64,000 bases of DNA from Octopus vulgaris. Its lineage: Eukaryota. The first letter of the stretch is position 1; the number at the start of each line of letters is the position of its first letter. This document shows, in pieces, positions 13,631-27,910 of this stretch. The translations under genes were made by a program, and so were the position numbers. Location of the stretch: assembly GCA_951406725.2 (NCBI GenBank), contig OX597816.1, positions 41,416,001 through 41,480,000 of the forward strand. The letters run 5' to 3'. The notes under the pieces were generated by a model. It saw nothing but the letters and a program-made list of their open reading frames with translations. It had not been told where the DNA came from and did no database searches.

Positions 13631-14002
13631 TACCCGGTAAAACCTGGGAGCGGGAATATTGTCAGTACCCATTATAATGCCTAATTTCTCTCAGATGAAC
13701 AATGAAACTAATATATAGGACAGATAACAGAAAGCGTAAGCAAATTAATTCACGAAACAATAATACAAATAAATACGTGCGGAATCGAAAATGACAATCG
13801 TTTGGTCAGATGAGTGGAAAACTGCAAATGCATAATGAATGGAAACATCAAGAAGGGAATTGTAAAGGAGTGCTTTGAAGGAAAAGAACATGAACTTTGA
13901 AAAGAAAACAACAAATTATTTTGAGAAAAGGTACTTAATTTGACGACTGTGTTTTATGGATATAGTTTCACTATATCGATTGCAGCAGGTCGAACCGACT
14001 GT

Positions 14003-14182
14003 CTTAAGTGCAGGTTTAAAGAAAGTACATGTTACGTGTTTTATCACACAATGTTGCAACGTTTTCAATCGATAATTTTAAGTGCATATGTTAAGAAAAT
14101 ACATGTTACATGTTTTAGCATGCAACGCTGCAACATTTAGAATCGATAATTGTAAGTGCAGGTGTTAAGAAAATACATGTTA
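14003..14182. repeat. Tandem repeat, ~75-bp unit x~2.5
   Basis: TAAGTGCA..T(G)TTAAGAAA(A)TACATGTTA recurs at ~14005, 14078 and 14153. Confidence 0.7.
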
Positions 14183-14329
14183 TAGCAAACTGAGAATGCT
14201 GAAACGATTAATGAACATTTTAAGCCCACAACAATTTCGGCCAAATGTCGTTAATCAGTTAATCCAAAATCAGCTTACGCTTTGTTTGAGTGGCCTAGGT
14301 AAATGGTTAGTTGTGTCATCTCATCCTTA

Positions 14330-15500
14330 GCACATGTTCCATTTGTGTATAGAATTGTAAGAAAATCGGACGAAAACTTTAAAAGTTATGACAGAAAATA
14401 AAATTCATATGAGAATTTGCATTGAAATATCCTATCGATTTTTGAAAAAAATCAATGACGATCAAAGAATAACGATTCCAAGTACGTAAGTAACCGCATG
14501 GGCATAAGACCTACATACATATCACGTTTCATCAAGATCGGTTGGATAGTCTCGAAGGAGTTAAACTAAAAAATTCACAAACACACACCCAATGGTAGAT
14601 AAGAAGTCCTGACTTTCTAAGTAATTTGAGGTTCACATGAGAATATCTCCTGTCTTAAAAGACTGATATAAGATCCTGTACCTTCTATAAGAGTTAAGTT
14701 TCATGTAGTAACTTAACAAAAATCTGATTTCCAAAAGTATTCGCAAATTTAGTAGGGAACACTGATGAGTTAAACCTTGTATATACGTAGTAGTTTGTAT
14801 AAATGTAGCTTGATTGTCAGTATATCTTTGGTTATGCATGAAATACTCAATAGATAATTCTTGAGAAATAAAATGCACTTACCTATTTAAAATCTGAAAC
14901 ACTGGGGAATAAAATCAACGAATTGAAATAATAAGGCGTAGTAAATGGAAGCGATTCGTATTGAAATGTAGAATAAGCAAAAAGTTAATAAAGATTACCG
15001 TTAATCAGATGTCTCTTTATACCCATGAAGTATATTTTGTCGAATTCCGGCATTTTCATAGAATTGAAATCTATATTAATGCATAGGACCAATTTGACGA
15101 AAAAAAATGACCATAGTCTGGCAGCGAGCCCGTGTCCTCGTAACTTTTGTGCATGTGCAAAAAACCAAAAAAAAAAAATAATTCGTCTCAAACCACCCTT
15201 AGCGCATATTCTATCTGTGCATAACACTTAAAGAAGATTAGTTGAGAAAATTGAAAGATATGGCAGAAAATATCATTCATATGAGAATTTGCATTGAAAT
15301 ATCCCACTGATTTTGAAAAATCGAAGCGGATTAAAAATCATCGCGCTTTTTGAAATTCCAAGTGCATAAGTGACCGCATGGGCATAAGTCCGCCTCACGT
15401 GTTAAGTTTCATCAGTATCGATTGGGTAATCTCAGAGGCGTTACAGTAACAAATTTACAAACGCTCAGCGTCAAACAGAGAGAAACTGTTATTTATGTAC
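14330..15500 (-). mobile_element. Two related non-autonomous Helitron-like segments (14330-14590, 15190-15500)
   Basis: Both share ATTCATATGAGAATTTGCATTGAAATATCC, ACCGCATGGGCATAAG and GTTTCATCA..ATCG..TGG..A.TCTC..AGG.GTTA, resembling a reverse-complemented Helitron 5' region. Confidence 0.5.
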
Positions 15501-15545
15501 ATTTATGTACTTATATATATAAGTATACATATATATATATGTATG

Positions 15546-15860
<315 letters not shown>

Positions 15861-15989
15861 AATTTGTATATATATCTCTCAGTATCTTTTTATCACTATA
15901 TCTCTGTATCAATGTGTTCATGTATAATACTTTTCTTGCTTGAGTGCGTGATCGTTTCTCTTTTGGGCATCTGTGATTTTATTTCTGAT

Positions 15990-16351
<362 letters not shown>

Positions 16352-16929
16352 TATATAATGCACATGCTATGAGAGAACCATTGTATTCGAAGAAATAGAT
16401 TTAACATAAATAATACAATTCGTTTTCAACTCTAAACTATCTGCAAAGTTAAGGAAAAACAGTTTTGCAGTTTCATTCGTGATATGCAGAGAGTATATTA
16501 TCTATGGTGAGTTGAGTAATAATACGAGCCAGGCGGGAATATTTCATAGATTATCATTCATCCCAATTATGAAAACTATTGAACGGGATATGTCTGAATA
16601 GTCACAGAGGAGTTAAATTAACACATTCACAAACGTACACAACCACAAACAGACAGAAATTGTAATTTATTTATATTAAGCTATATATATATATATATAT
16701 ATAGATATTCGGTGGCAATTCCTGCGAGGTCTCGTGAGGTAGATGTTTCCAAAATGCTGCGCAATAGAGTGAAACCATATTACATTCTGGAGAAAGCTAA
16801 ATGGTCGTCCGAGACGCCTTCTGTAGTCAAACTCGCTCATACGCAAAGACACTCACGCACAAATTCACACAGACACATACACACAAATGTACAGTGAAAA
16901 ACATATACTCAGTGGCTCAAACAGAGACA

Positions 16930-18290
16930 CATACATATATTCAAACATCCCCTACACTCTAGGAATAGAAGCAATCAACATTATGGTTAGACAACTAAAT
17001 CTATCAACTTCCCTCTCGTATCAAAAAGGAACTCATAGTAGAAGGACTAAGATTTATCTTAGAGAACAATTATTTTATATTTAATAATGACTACTTCCAA
17101 CAAAAATAGGACACAACAATGGGAACACGGACTGCACCTTGTTTTGCGAACCTGGTAATGGGCTATCTCGAAATTTAACTATACCACTCGAGTTATGTGG
17201 AAACTCCTGTTCAACCTACATTCAAAACAACTGGAAAAGATACCTCGATGACTGCTTCATCCTCTGGAATGAAAGTATAGAAAAAACTTTATTAATTCAA
17301 AACACTTCTAAATGCAATAAATGAAAACCTCCAATTCACGATAGAGTATAGCGAGGAACAACTGCCGTTTTTAGATATCTTTATTAAAACAAGGTCTGGA
17401 ACAAATCAGAGACAGATATATATTACAAACCCATCGACTCGAAACAGTAACTGCTATTTAATTCTTGCCACCCGAGACACACCAGGATAAATATCCCCTT
17501 TAGTTGAGCCAAAAGAATATGCACAATAGTGAGAGACACAAACACGTTATACACAATTCCAGAACTAAAAACTACACGCATCAATAGGAATTACCTACAT
17601 CACTTGATAGACAATACGATCCAGCGAGTCCTTAAATTCAATACACAGGAACTTAGACAACCAAGACCAAAGAAGGAAAAGAAATTGAAAACCCTGCCTT
17701 ACATCTCCACACGCAACCCACATAACATTGAGGCCTTCAACACTATACTACACTCCATAGTACAGCTCTACTTAAGAGGGACGTAAAGATGAATCGAATC
17801 CTCCAAACACACACCATCATCAAAAGTAAGAGGCAGTCAAAATCAATGAAGAGGATTTTAACCCAGGCCAAATTACACTCAACAATAACTACAAAACCGA
17901 CAGTAAAAAGTGCGGGAGGCCCAACTGTGGGATCTATATCAACATAATAGAAGGATCAGAATACTGATTGAAACAAGGCCAAAATTGTATCATAAAAACT
18001 AACTTTACGTGTGCATCGGGGAATTTGATTTACTTAATTATATGCTCGGGATGCAAACGGCAATTTATTGGAAACACAAAAACAGCCTACTTCTGAGGAT
18101 GGTGGTAAACAAAACCCAAACTAGAATTCCGGTATACAGGAAAATATCTGTCAGTGAACACATAGACAGATGTACATCCAAAACATATCCCAAATTCACA
18201 ACTTCTCCAATATTAAACTTCATAAACATTGCTAGCCAAAATGAACGCATTTCATAAGAAAGTATCGACCGAGTCTAAATTCTTTAACAC
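16930..18290 (+). pseudogene. Decayed Neptune-type Penelope-like RT + GIY-YIG
   Basis: Frameshifted YSNIPYTLGIEAI, TMGTRTAPCFANLVMGYLE, NNWKRYLDDCFILWN, LPYISTRNPHN, CGRPNCGI and FTCASGNLIY, colinear with ORF 38698-40851. Confidence 0.9.
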
Positions 18291-18818
18291 TGAAACTATA
18301 TGTATCTTATTCCTAAGAAATAAAGATAAGAGATCAAATAAATGCATTTCTGTGAAGAGCTCAGGGGAGATAACTTTACGACGACTCATTGCTACAACTG
18401 CTTATTTGTCTACTACGGCCACTCCTTTTGAAAACAATCTTGACAACACTACTTAATTTACCATCACAGACAACAGCTGAAAGTACTACTAGCAATGAAA
18501 CGAAAATTAATGGAAGTTACCACGTGCTCTTACAGGAAAAAAAAAGGACAATATGAACATTTATTTTATTAATAATCTCTTTTCTCTATATATGTGTAAT
18601 TTAAGGACATATTTTAATAAGGTTTATAAACAACCGAAATATGTAAAACAAAAACATTTTTTAATGTATTTATATATAGAAATTTAAACGTACCTAATTT
18701 TTTAAAGTAGCATTTTCGTTCTTCATTTTCATTAATATCTACTCGCGTGTTGCCTCTACATTTCACACACACACACACAAACACACACACACATACATAC
18801 ACGCACGCGCGCACACAC

Positions 18819-18819
<1 letters not shown>

Positions 18820-18915
<96 letters not shown>

Positions 18916-18925
18916 CAGATAGACA
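18820..18925. repeat. (GATA)n microsatellite
   Basis: Direct reading. Confidence 0.95.
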
Positions 18926-19803
18926 GATGGATACAGATTGGTAGGTAGCTTACTACATCACTACTCATTATAACTGCTGGACTCTACCACCAATAAGTCG
19001 GAGATTTATTGCGTCAAAGACGAAGTGTTAAAATCCACATAGTTACTATATATTTCACAATCTAGTTGTAAGATATACAAATCTGCAAATCTCTAAACAT
19101 CATTGACATGTTCTGTGTGCATTGACATTAACAATATACATTATAGACGTTTATTTAAGCCTACATCGCAGATACTGAGCGAGCGTGTTTCAATATCTTA
19201 GAATGGAACTGGTGGCCCTGTTTCAAAGCAGAAGTTCCCTGAGCCTGAGTGACCTGAAGGTCTATTGCTTACAGTGGCACTGAACTGCTTTAAAATTTTA
19301 TTTTGATATATGGTGACACTAGAAGAAAATTCAATTATACATGTGTCTCGTTAAACAACAAATCCATTGTCACCTTGATGAGCAATCCTACTTCGGGTTA
19401 GACATTAAATGTAGCGAATGCCTTTATGCCAATACTATTTCAATTTTCTCAGTAATCATTCACTCTATGATCAGGTTGACACGACAATTCAGAATAAGAT
19501 AGAGACGTATTATGTTTTTATAAGGTTACTGTTATTTCTCGGGAAGCTTTATGATAAATCATAAATAGTTTTCTGGAACCAGTTCTCGTAATTTATGGAA
19601 AACTGTCAAGAACCTGTCAGATCATATATCTGAATTCAGAATAGTTTTATGTGACATATTTCCAATTCAAACACACACTTATACAAACACATACATACAT
19701 ACATGCATACATACAAACATACGTACATGCATACATACATACATACATACATACATACATACATACATACATGCATGCATGCATACAAACATACATACAT
19801 ACA

Positions 19804-19837
<34 letters not shown>

Positions 19838-20755
19838 CATACATACATACATATATATAAACTCAGAGACATACACCCACTCACAAACACCCACGCTCAC
19901 ATACATGTAAATACAAGATATATGAATAGTGATAAAGATTGCTAGAAGATTACTGCGAAAGCATATTGTTTCACAAAGCGGATGTTATATGAGTGTTTAT
20001 GAACAATATACGAATCACTGCTATACTGAATTACTGAAAAACCATTTGAAAGGCTCTACTGAGTGTGACATTTCAAGAAAAGTTTCTTCATAAATAATAT
20101 ATTCTATGAATTCCAAAAAGACTGTAATTATTTCTATCTTCAATGAAATGTCTCACTTCATACGATGTTGAGTTTACGTCACGCTGATTATCTCTAAACA
20201 GAAGAAATGCTTACATGAATATCAATGACTAGAGATATGAAGAACAACGTATTAGTTTTTTTAAAAAATGTCAGTATTTATGCATTTTCATAATAATTCT
20301 TCAGTTCCAATTTCAAATTCTTAATCCTGCTTTATATTATGAAGAAATGTATATCTTACTTCGAATAGCAACGATCGTTCGGGGGTGAGCACTTTGCAAT
20401 AAATTTGAAGTTACATCCAACTGTTTCCTTTTCTTCTCAGTCCTGTTAAAACGCTTAGATAAGATTTTATTTTCTACTATTTGGTTTCCTTTTACTGCTT
20501 TCGTTGTTGTGGATGTATTTATTTCGTTCTCAGTTTCCGTGAGTTGCTTACTCATAATATTACTTTATAAGTTTATCCAGAGTTGCCGTTCTTAGGTACA
20601 TGTCGTTGACAAGAATCAAATAAAGGTCTGAGATTCTTAGCAGTTTCGAAAGGGTAGTCACAACTGCAGTTCCAACTGGAAGTTTAAGGGCTTGTCAGTT
20701 TGAGGACTCTGAACGGATAGCTGTTAATTTGAGCCACCCTGACGCAAATCCTCTC

Positions 20756-20807
<52 letters not shown>

Positions 20808-20809
<2 letters not shown>

Positions 20810-22216
20810 TAAACAGTAAAAATAATTACAGACATGGACAAGAACATGAAACGCCACAGAGACGACACAAGAACCACAGGACGGGACATTCGAAGCCCTC
20901 AGTCATCAGTCAAGAACCAGATCATCTTAGCAATTTCGGCTGATTAATCTTGAGATTGCTCCGATATGGGCAGCCCGCCACGGGAAATCTAAGCCAAGTG
21001 CATTAGATCCCCTGGAAGAAAGCTTCGAATGTATACAACACGAGGACGGAAAACGAACGAAGTACACGAACAAAAATACAGAATACGTGACAACAATAAG
21101 AATACAAAAACGTAAAAACAATAACGGTAAAAATAAAGTATAAAAAATAAATAAACAACAAAACAAAACCAGGACGTAGGACAAGGGTCTTTCGACAGGA
21201 CGAATTGAGCATGGGGCTGGCTTATGAAGTTGTGCCTAATGGCCACAGGGAGACGAACAAGTACGTGTTGCTTCAACGGCTGCTGGAACGAAAAGAGCGC
21301 TCAACAGCGGTCAGCGGTCACGTGAGAACAAAAGACAAGAGAAAGGGACAGATGAAAAGAGAGAGAAGGTGGACGAGGGAGGAGAAGAAAGAGACAGATC
21401 GAGGGGGCTGGAGGTGAGAGAGATAGAGAAACGTAGAAGGGGGGGGGAAACGGATGGAGAGGGAAAGAAAGGAGGGGGAATAAGGTAGGAGAGAGAGAGA
21501 GAAAGAAAGATTAAGAGTCGTATCAATGCTTGAGAAAAAAATATACTTATCGTATAAGGACAATTGTGGATACGTAGCCGCCGATTATATAGGTAAACAG
21601 TAAAAATAATTACAGACATGGACAAGAACATGAAACGCCACAGAGACGACACAAGAACCACAGGACGGGACATTCGAAGCCCTCAGTCATCAGTCAAGAA
21701 CCAGATCATCTTAGCAATTTCGGCTGATTAATCTTGAGATTGCTCCGATATGGGCAGCCCGCCACGGGAAATCTAAGCCAAGTGCATTAGATCCCCTGGA
21801 AGAAAGCTTCGAATGTATACAACACGAGGACGGAAAACGAACGAAGTACACGAACAAAAATACAGAATACGTGACAACAATAAGAATACAAAAACGTAAA
21901 AACAATAACGGTAAAAATAAAGTATAAAAAATAAATAAACAACAAAACAAAACCAGGACGTAGGACAAGGGTCTTTCGACAGGACGAATTGAGCATGGGG
22001 CTGGCTTATGAAGTTGTGCCTAATGGCCACAGGGAGACGAACAAGTACGTGTTGCTTCAACGGCTGCTGGAACGAAAAGAGCGCTCAACAGCGGTCAGCG
22101 GTCACGTGAGAACAAAAGACAAGAGAAAGGGACAGATGAAAAGAGAGAGAAGGTGGACGAGGGAGGAGAAGAAAGAGACAGATCGAGGGGGCTGGAGGTG
22201 AGAGAGATAGAGAAAC
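20808..22216 (-). mobile_element. Non-coding TA-anchored element family P1 as a partial tandem (two ~625-bp identical units, period 784 bp), pLTR-like
   Basis: 20808-21432 equals 21592-22216, and the ORF track is repeated at an offset of 784. It abuts (TA)n at 20807 and contains a structured RNA domain with CUGAUGA and GAAA. Confidence 0.85.
20886..21032 (-). ncRNA. Candidate permuted/pseudoknotted hammerhead ribozyme (second copy 21670-21816)
   Basis: The minus strand reads AGCAAUC-UCAAGA-UUAA-UCAG-CC-GAAA-UUGCU...UCUUGA-CUGAUGA-CUGA, enclosed by the 11-bp stem ACAUUCGAAGC/GCUUCGAAUGU. Confidence 0.6.
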
Positions 22217-22427
22217 ATGTGTGTGTGTATGTATGTATTTATGTATAACTGTGTATGGGGGTGTTTGCTTCGCAACCGGCGCTGGTTTGTTCCCATCAAC
22301 CACTTCCGGAAATGTGACAAGTATGTCATACCAGATGCCCCCATGCATCACTGGGATCTATTCAAGACGGTATTTCAACGACTCGAATTCCAACAGCTGA
22401 ATCAATCCAAAACGAGATTAAGATAAT

Positions 22428-22490
<63 letters not shown>

Positions 22491-22599
22491 GGATCATAAA
22501 ACGAATAGTTTATACCAGGTAGCTTACTGATAAAGCACGGTCACTTTCAGAGTGATCGTTAAGTAAATAACAAAGGAAAATATATATACAGAAGATCTA

Positions 22600-22833
22600 T
22601 ATATATATAAACAATTTTCCTCCGTCTGGCTTTTTCTCTCTCTACAAAACAGAAAGTTGCCTTATGGAACAGTCATTTTAACGAGATTTTTTTTATTTAT
22701 TTATCACCTGACAAGATACATCTGCACCACCGTATATTCCTGAGACAGAGGAGTCGATGCTAGTTGTGTCGAAACAATTGTTGTGATTAATAATATATTC
22801 TCGTATATTCCATCTTCTATTTTTCATTTGTTT
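22600..22833 (+). mobile_element. Family P2 second copy with type I hammerhead (22703-22787)
   Basis: ATCAC-CTGACAA-GATACATCTGCACC...GATGCTAGTTGTGTC-GAAAC-AATT-GTT-GTGAT, with TA tracts on both sides. Confidence 0.75.
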
Positions 22834-23589
22834 TATATATATATATATGTGTGTGTATGTATGTGTTTATGTATGTATTAGTACACTTCCAGAGAATTTT
22901 TCTGCATAAAAAAATGTAATCGGTATTACAGATCGATAATTAATATGTTGTCAAGTATACTTATCGGAAATTCAAGTAAGATAATATCTAGCAAAATTTT
23001 GAGCTAAATTTAATTTAAATTTGTTATTTGAGAAAATATAGTGTTATATAGATAAATGATAATATAAGAATGTCTATCACAGCAATTTTAGGGTTATTCC
23101 CGCTCTGATAGCCGTGTTTATTGAGAGCCTGATAAATTCTAGAGAGCATCCCGTATAGGCGTGTACTGCAAAACACTTAGCAAAAAATAGAAAAATACAT
23201 TCAAAATAAATAGTGAAGTACTTCAATAAGAGATGAAAGCCACTCGGCAGCGTCGGGAGCGTTGCTAAATAGGTATTTCTGCTCTCTCTGGGGCTCGTCA
23301 GTACGAAGTATCGACTGGCAACAATATACTAAGAGACAAACAGAGAGGAACAATAATTTAAACATGAGTGATGTGGTAATTAGCCGGCAGATTGAATAAA
23401 AATTCGATATTCGCGACAGAAGCAGTGTTAGTCCACAAGAGAAAACAGTTCATCACAAATAAAGTAAGGAACAACTTTGAAAACTTGAAAAATGTTATTT
23501 GTCTCTAGAAAATAACCCTTGTAGACATATAGCGTTCAGAAAACTCAGAAATATACTGTTTATCTGTTACTTAGATCATAAAAAAACTG

Positions 23590-23830
23590 GGGTCATGCAG
23601 GAACACCACGTTCCAGAGAGTTTGGGTTTCACTTCTGTAATGTATTTTGCTGAAGAAGCGAGTTGGAACGAGCCGATCTACTTTGTGCCTCTTGCCGCAA
23701 TATGGGTTCATCTTGGATTTCAGGTAGAAATTTGCAAAGATGCGTTTTGAAGGTCTCCATATCTACACCTCGGAAATCTCGGAGGTTGTTTGGCAGGATG
23801 TTAAACAATTGTGGTCCCCGTAGCATAGGC
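23590..23830 (-). mobile_element. CR1/L2-group LINE 3' fragment
   Basis: LRGPQLFNILPNNLRD..FKTHLCKFLPEIQDEP, similar to the 4003-4266 peptide. Confidence 0.75.
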
Positions 23831-23909
23831 TGTTACAGCATTAAGTCATTATTTGAAGTAGAGAAACCAGAATTGTTATTTTGCAATGATGCCCAGTTCG
23901 GTGGATGGT

Positions 23910-24050
23910 ATAGCTTTTCCTTTCATCCTTTTGGGGTCGATAAATTAAGTACCAGTTTTGCACTGAGGTCGATGTAATCAACTTAATCCGTTTGTCTGTC
24001 CTTGTTTGTCCTCTCTGTGTTTAGCCCCTTGTGGGTAGTAAAGAAATATG
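23910..24050 (+). mobile_element. SINE family A 3' half
   Basis: CCTTTCATCCTTTTGGGGTCGATAAATTAAGTACC...GTAGTAAAGAAAT. Confidence 0.8.
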
Positions 24051-24084
24051 TATAGCTTTTAAATTCAAAGTAAAGCGCTAAAAC

Positions 24085-24143
<59 letters not shown>

Positions 24144-24185
24144 ATATACATATATATATATAAACGCATATGCGAGCATTTCTAT

Positions 24186-24219
<34 letters not shown>

Positions 24220-24306
24220 GTATATGCATTTGTATATGCGTATATATATATACTTACATAAGCATACATAGTATATATTATATATACATGTATATATATA
24301 CATACA

Positions 24307-24363
<57 letters not shown>

Positions 24364-25256
24364 AGATAGATAGATATAAACACATATATGTGTTATATTA
24401 GGAAAGTTTTATTTATACGCATACACACATACATATGTATAAAGATAGGTAGATAGATAGAGATATAAATACAGATATTCAAGTGGAGATATGTATGTAG
24501 GGAACACATTAAGGTGTGTGGTGAGTGAGAACTTTTATCAAATAACTGAATGTTTAAATATCACAGATAAAAGAGACATCTCATCACCGTTAATAACAAG
24601 TCAATATATAATTTTTCTCTCAGACATTTTATTCAATTATATCCCTTCTGATTGAAATATCAGATTAAAAGAGAAAGATATTAATATAAACGCTCAAATA
24701 TCAAGTTATAGATAAAAATATCGAAATGAGAAAAAATATATAGATATATTGCTAAAATATAATTACTTTCAATTATAAGTATTTCTAATTAAAAAGCATT
24801 AAATGACTACATCAAATATTAAATATGATCAATGGTGTGATATCCATTACGTTAGTTTTGAAGTCACTGATAATTCAATTGATCGTTTAATGCTTAAATT
24901 TCTATGTTGATTTTTGCGTAATTTGTTAATATTTTTTCGTTTGTTTTTTCTTTTTAATTCAATGGTTTTAGATGTCAAGTAGATGCTAAAATAAATTTAG
25001 TAGCTGTTTTTGTTTTAAACTATAAGTGATTAAACATTTATTCAATTCGCTGAGTCAGCTCTGGCTTAATCCTAGAAGTATATCTAAGCAGTCAGGACCA
25101 GATATTCACATAATATATAGTTTCCCTCTTTCTCACTTTCTGTTCTTCTCTATCTATCTATTCATCATCTCTTTGTTCCTCTATGTCTCTGTCTCTCTCT
25201 ATCTATATATCTATTTACATATACACACTTACGTATATACAGACATACACATATAT

Positions 25257-25311
<55 letters not shown>

Positions 25312-25816
25312 TATATACGTATATATATAATGGTGTTTGTTACGGCCAAATAGAGAGTGACCATTGGCTTCGTACCTATAACGTGCTTAGCCACAGGCAA
25401 CTTGTCAGACACAAATGACCGGAGGCGTATAACGTTTCTATAACGGGAGGAAGGGATGTAAAATGGTTAGTTGATCTTATAAACAAAAATTCGAGAACGC
25501 GACTCTAGTGGCTAAACCTTGGCCGAGTTGGATTTATTTCCCTGAGACTGGTTTCAGTTATATCCAGAATCCCTGCCGAAGATGTTTGAAGATGAGAACA
25601 TTTACCAAGTCGGTAAATTGAGAATTTTATGACGACAACTCGAATTTTCTTCGATGAGGTCCCCGAATGAGCGTCTTTGCATTTGCAGTTTAAAAACATC
25701 CTTGATTCAAACTAGTTTCTCGGGAGTTTTACCCTTCAGTCAAGCAAAACTTACATCATTTACTTCCAATGACATGCGGCCCCACCTATGCTAGGAGTCG
25801 TTATTTAATCATGCAT

Positions 25817-26051
25817 AAGGCGGCGAGCTGACAGAAACGTTAGCACGCCGGGCGGAATGCCTTGCCGTATTTCGTCTGCCGTTAAGTTCGGAATTCAAAT
25901 TCCGCCGAGGTTGACTTTGCCTTTCATCCTTTCGGGGACGATTAAATATGTACCAGTTACGCACTGGGGTCGTATTAATCGACTTAATCCGTTTGTCTGC
26001 CCTTGTTTTTATCCTCTCTGTGTTTAGCCCCTTGTGGGTAGTAAAGAAATA
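25817..26051 (+). mobile_element. SINE family A, full length, with target-site duplication
   Basis: Complete head to tail. GTTATTTAATCAT occurs at 25800-25812 and 26052-26064. Confidence 0.9.
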
Positions 26052-26469
26052 GTTATTTAATCATACGTGTTGTACATTCCTCTTTTAGACACCATACATA
26101 GTTTGATAGGAACGTGATGTTGCGCTTTTCAGGTATCCTAAAAGAAAATCTGCATGAGCTACATGTAGAACTGACATATTTCCGTTTCTATGACCTAATC
26201 GTGGTGATGTTACAGCTGCTGTTGTTGCTGTCGGTTTCCGTTCCTATGTTATTGTTACTGACGACTCTGTTGCTGGTGCGGCCGCTGTTGCTATCACTGA
26301 CGGCCATATTTCTGGTGCAGCTTCAGCTGTTGTAAATTTTACTATTGCTGCGATTCACCTCCTGTTGTTCTACATATGGTTGTAGGAGACGAAACTTTCT
26401 TAACTTAATCCGCAGTTAGATCGAGATCAAGCGCAAAGTGATTAGAAAATAATTTAAATATATATTTAA

Positions 26470-26780
26470 ATGCCTTGTGAGTGGATTTGGTAGACGGAAA
26501 CTGAAAGAAGCCTGTCGTATATATGTATATATATATATATGTATTTGTATGTGTATGCGTTTGTGTGTCTGTGTTTGTCCCCCCTAGCATTGCTTGACAA
26601 CCGATGCTGGCGTGTTTACGTCCCCGTCACTTAGCGGTTCGGCAAAAGAGACCGATAGAATAAGTACTGGGCTTACAAAGAATAAGTCCCGGGGTTGATT
26701 TGCTCGACTAAAGGCGGTGCTCCAGCATGGCCGCAGTCGGATGACTGAAACAAGTAAAAGAGTAAAAAGAGTAAAAGAGT
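26470..26780 (+). mobile_element. SINE family B, 5'-truncated
   Basis: GCCTTGTGAGTGGATTTGGTAGACGGAAACTG through the (GAGTAAAA)n tail. Confidence 0.85.
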
Positions 26781-27009
26781 ATTTCTTTAATTTTTAAATT
26801 TCTCATTTAATCCAGCAAATACAATTTAATAAAACACGTCAGTGATACAGATGTTTCTGTTGAGATATGAGGTAGAAATGCACTTGATTAAATTACCGAT
26901 ATCTCACAAAACATAGATATATGCTACAATATGAAATGATGAATAATTCGACTATTTCTAGAGATTATATCGATTCGACTACTCCGATACAGTATATGAA
27001 GTTATAATT

Positions 27010-27230
27010 ACTTCAAATTTTTGCCACAAGGGCAGCTTGGGCGGTGGGGGGGGAGATGAGTCGATTATATCGATCCCAGTGCATAACTAGTACTAATTTA
27101 ATCGTCCCCGGAATGTTGAAAGGCAAAGTCGGCCTCGGCGAAATTTGAACTCAGATCGTAGCGGCAGACGAAATGCCGCTTAGCATTTCGCCCGGCGTGT
27201 TATCAATTCTGTCTGTTCGTCGCCTTACTA
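27010..27230 (-). mobile_element. SINE family A, antisense
   Basis: GAAAGGCAAAGTCGGCCTCGGCGAAATTTGAACTCAGA...CATTTCGCCCGGCGTG...CGCCTT. Confidence 0.8.
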
Positions 27231-27856
27231 TGGGAACTAGTATCAATCACCAATTCCATAAGTCCAGTCGGAATGGAGTCACGGTTCCCTGTTTCTGTAC
27301 CATAAATTTTAATACAATTTTACTTTGGTATTTATCATATTAAGAGTAAGTGATTTTGTTTTAAGTTAATTTGGTACAATTTATTAGTGTTATGTATTTT
27401 TGTTTTCAAAATATTCAGCGTAATGTTTGATGAAATTTATTACGCCGCCATTCAAGACAATGTTTTACTAAATGGATTTCGAGTAGGTTTTACAACTATA
27501 TTATGGCAATGATTTTTATATCCTTAATAAATATGTAAATCTATCTAGATGCCTTAAAATATTTCAGGAAAAAATGGAATAAATAATAAATATTAGACGT
27601 TATCAGGATTTATGTCATAGCTATATCAATAACTAACAAATAAGAAACATCTTCATAATCCTGAAGGAGCCATATACTGCAATATTTGGTGTTTATATAA
27701 ATAAACATTGTTTTAAATCAAATTATCTTTGCTACGTAATATATTTACATATTTCGGTGCTTTAAAACTTTATTAAAATATCGTGGACAAGAAGAGTCTT
27801 ACGTGTTTGAAAGAGATTTCTTAAAAACAATATATTTTGTATATGCACAACCACAC

Positions 27857-27907
<51 letters not shown>

Positions 27908-27910
<3 letters not shown>

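Noticed and set aside
20157-20193. Possible 37-nt minus-strand micro-exon with polypyrimidine-AG and GTGAGA
   Set aside because: Splice-like signals are frequent by chance, and there are no partner exons or homology. RNA-seq would be needed.
25338-25800. Solo LTR starting TGTTACGG
   Set aside because: No matching CA terminus, TSD or PBS could be identified with confidence.
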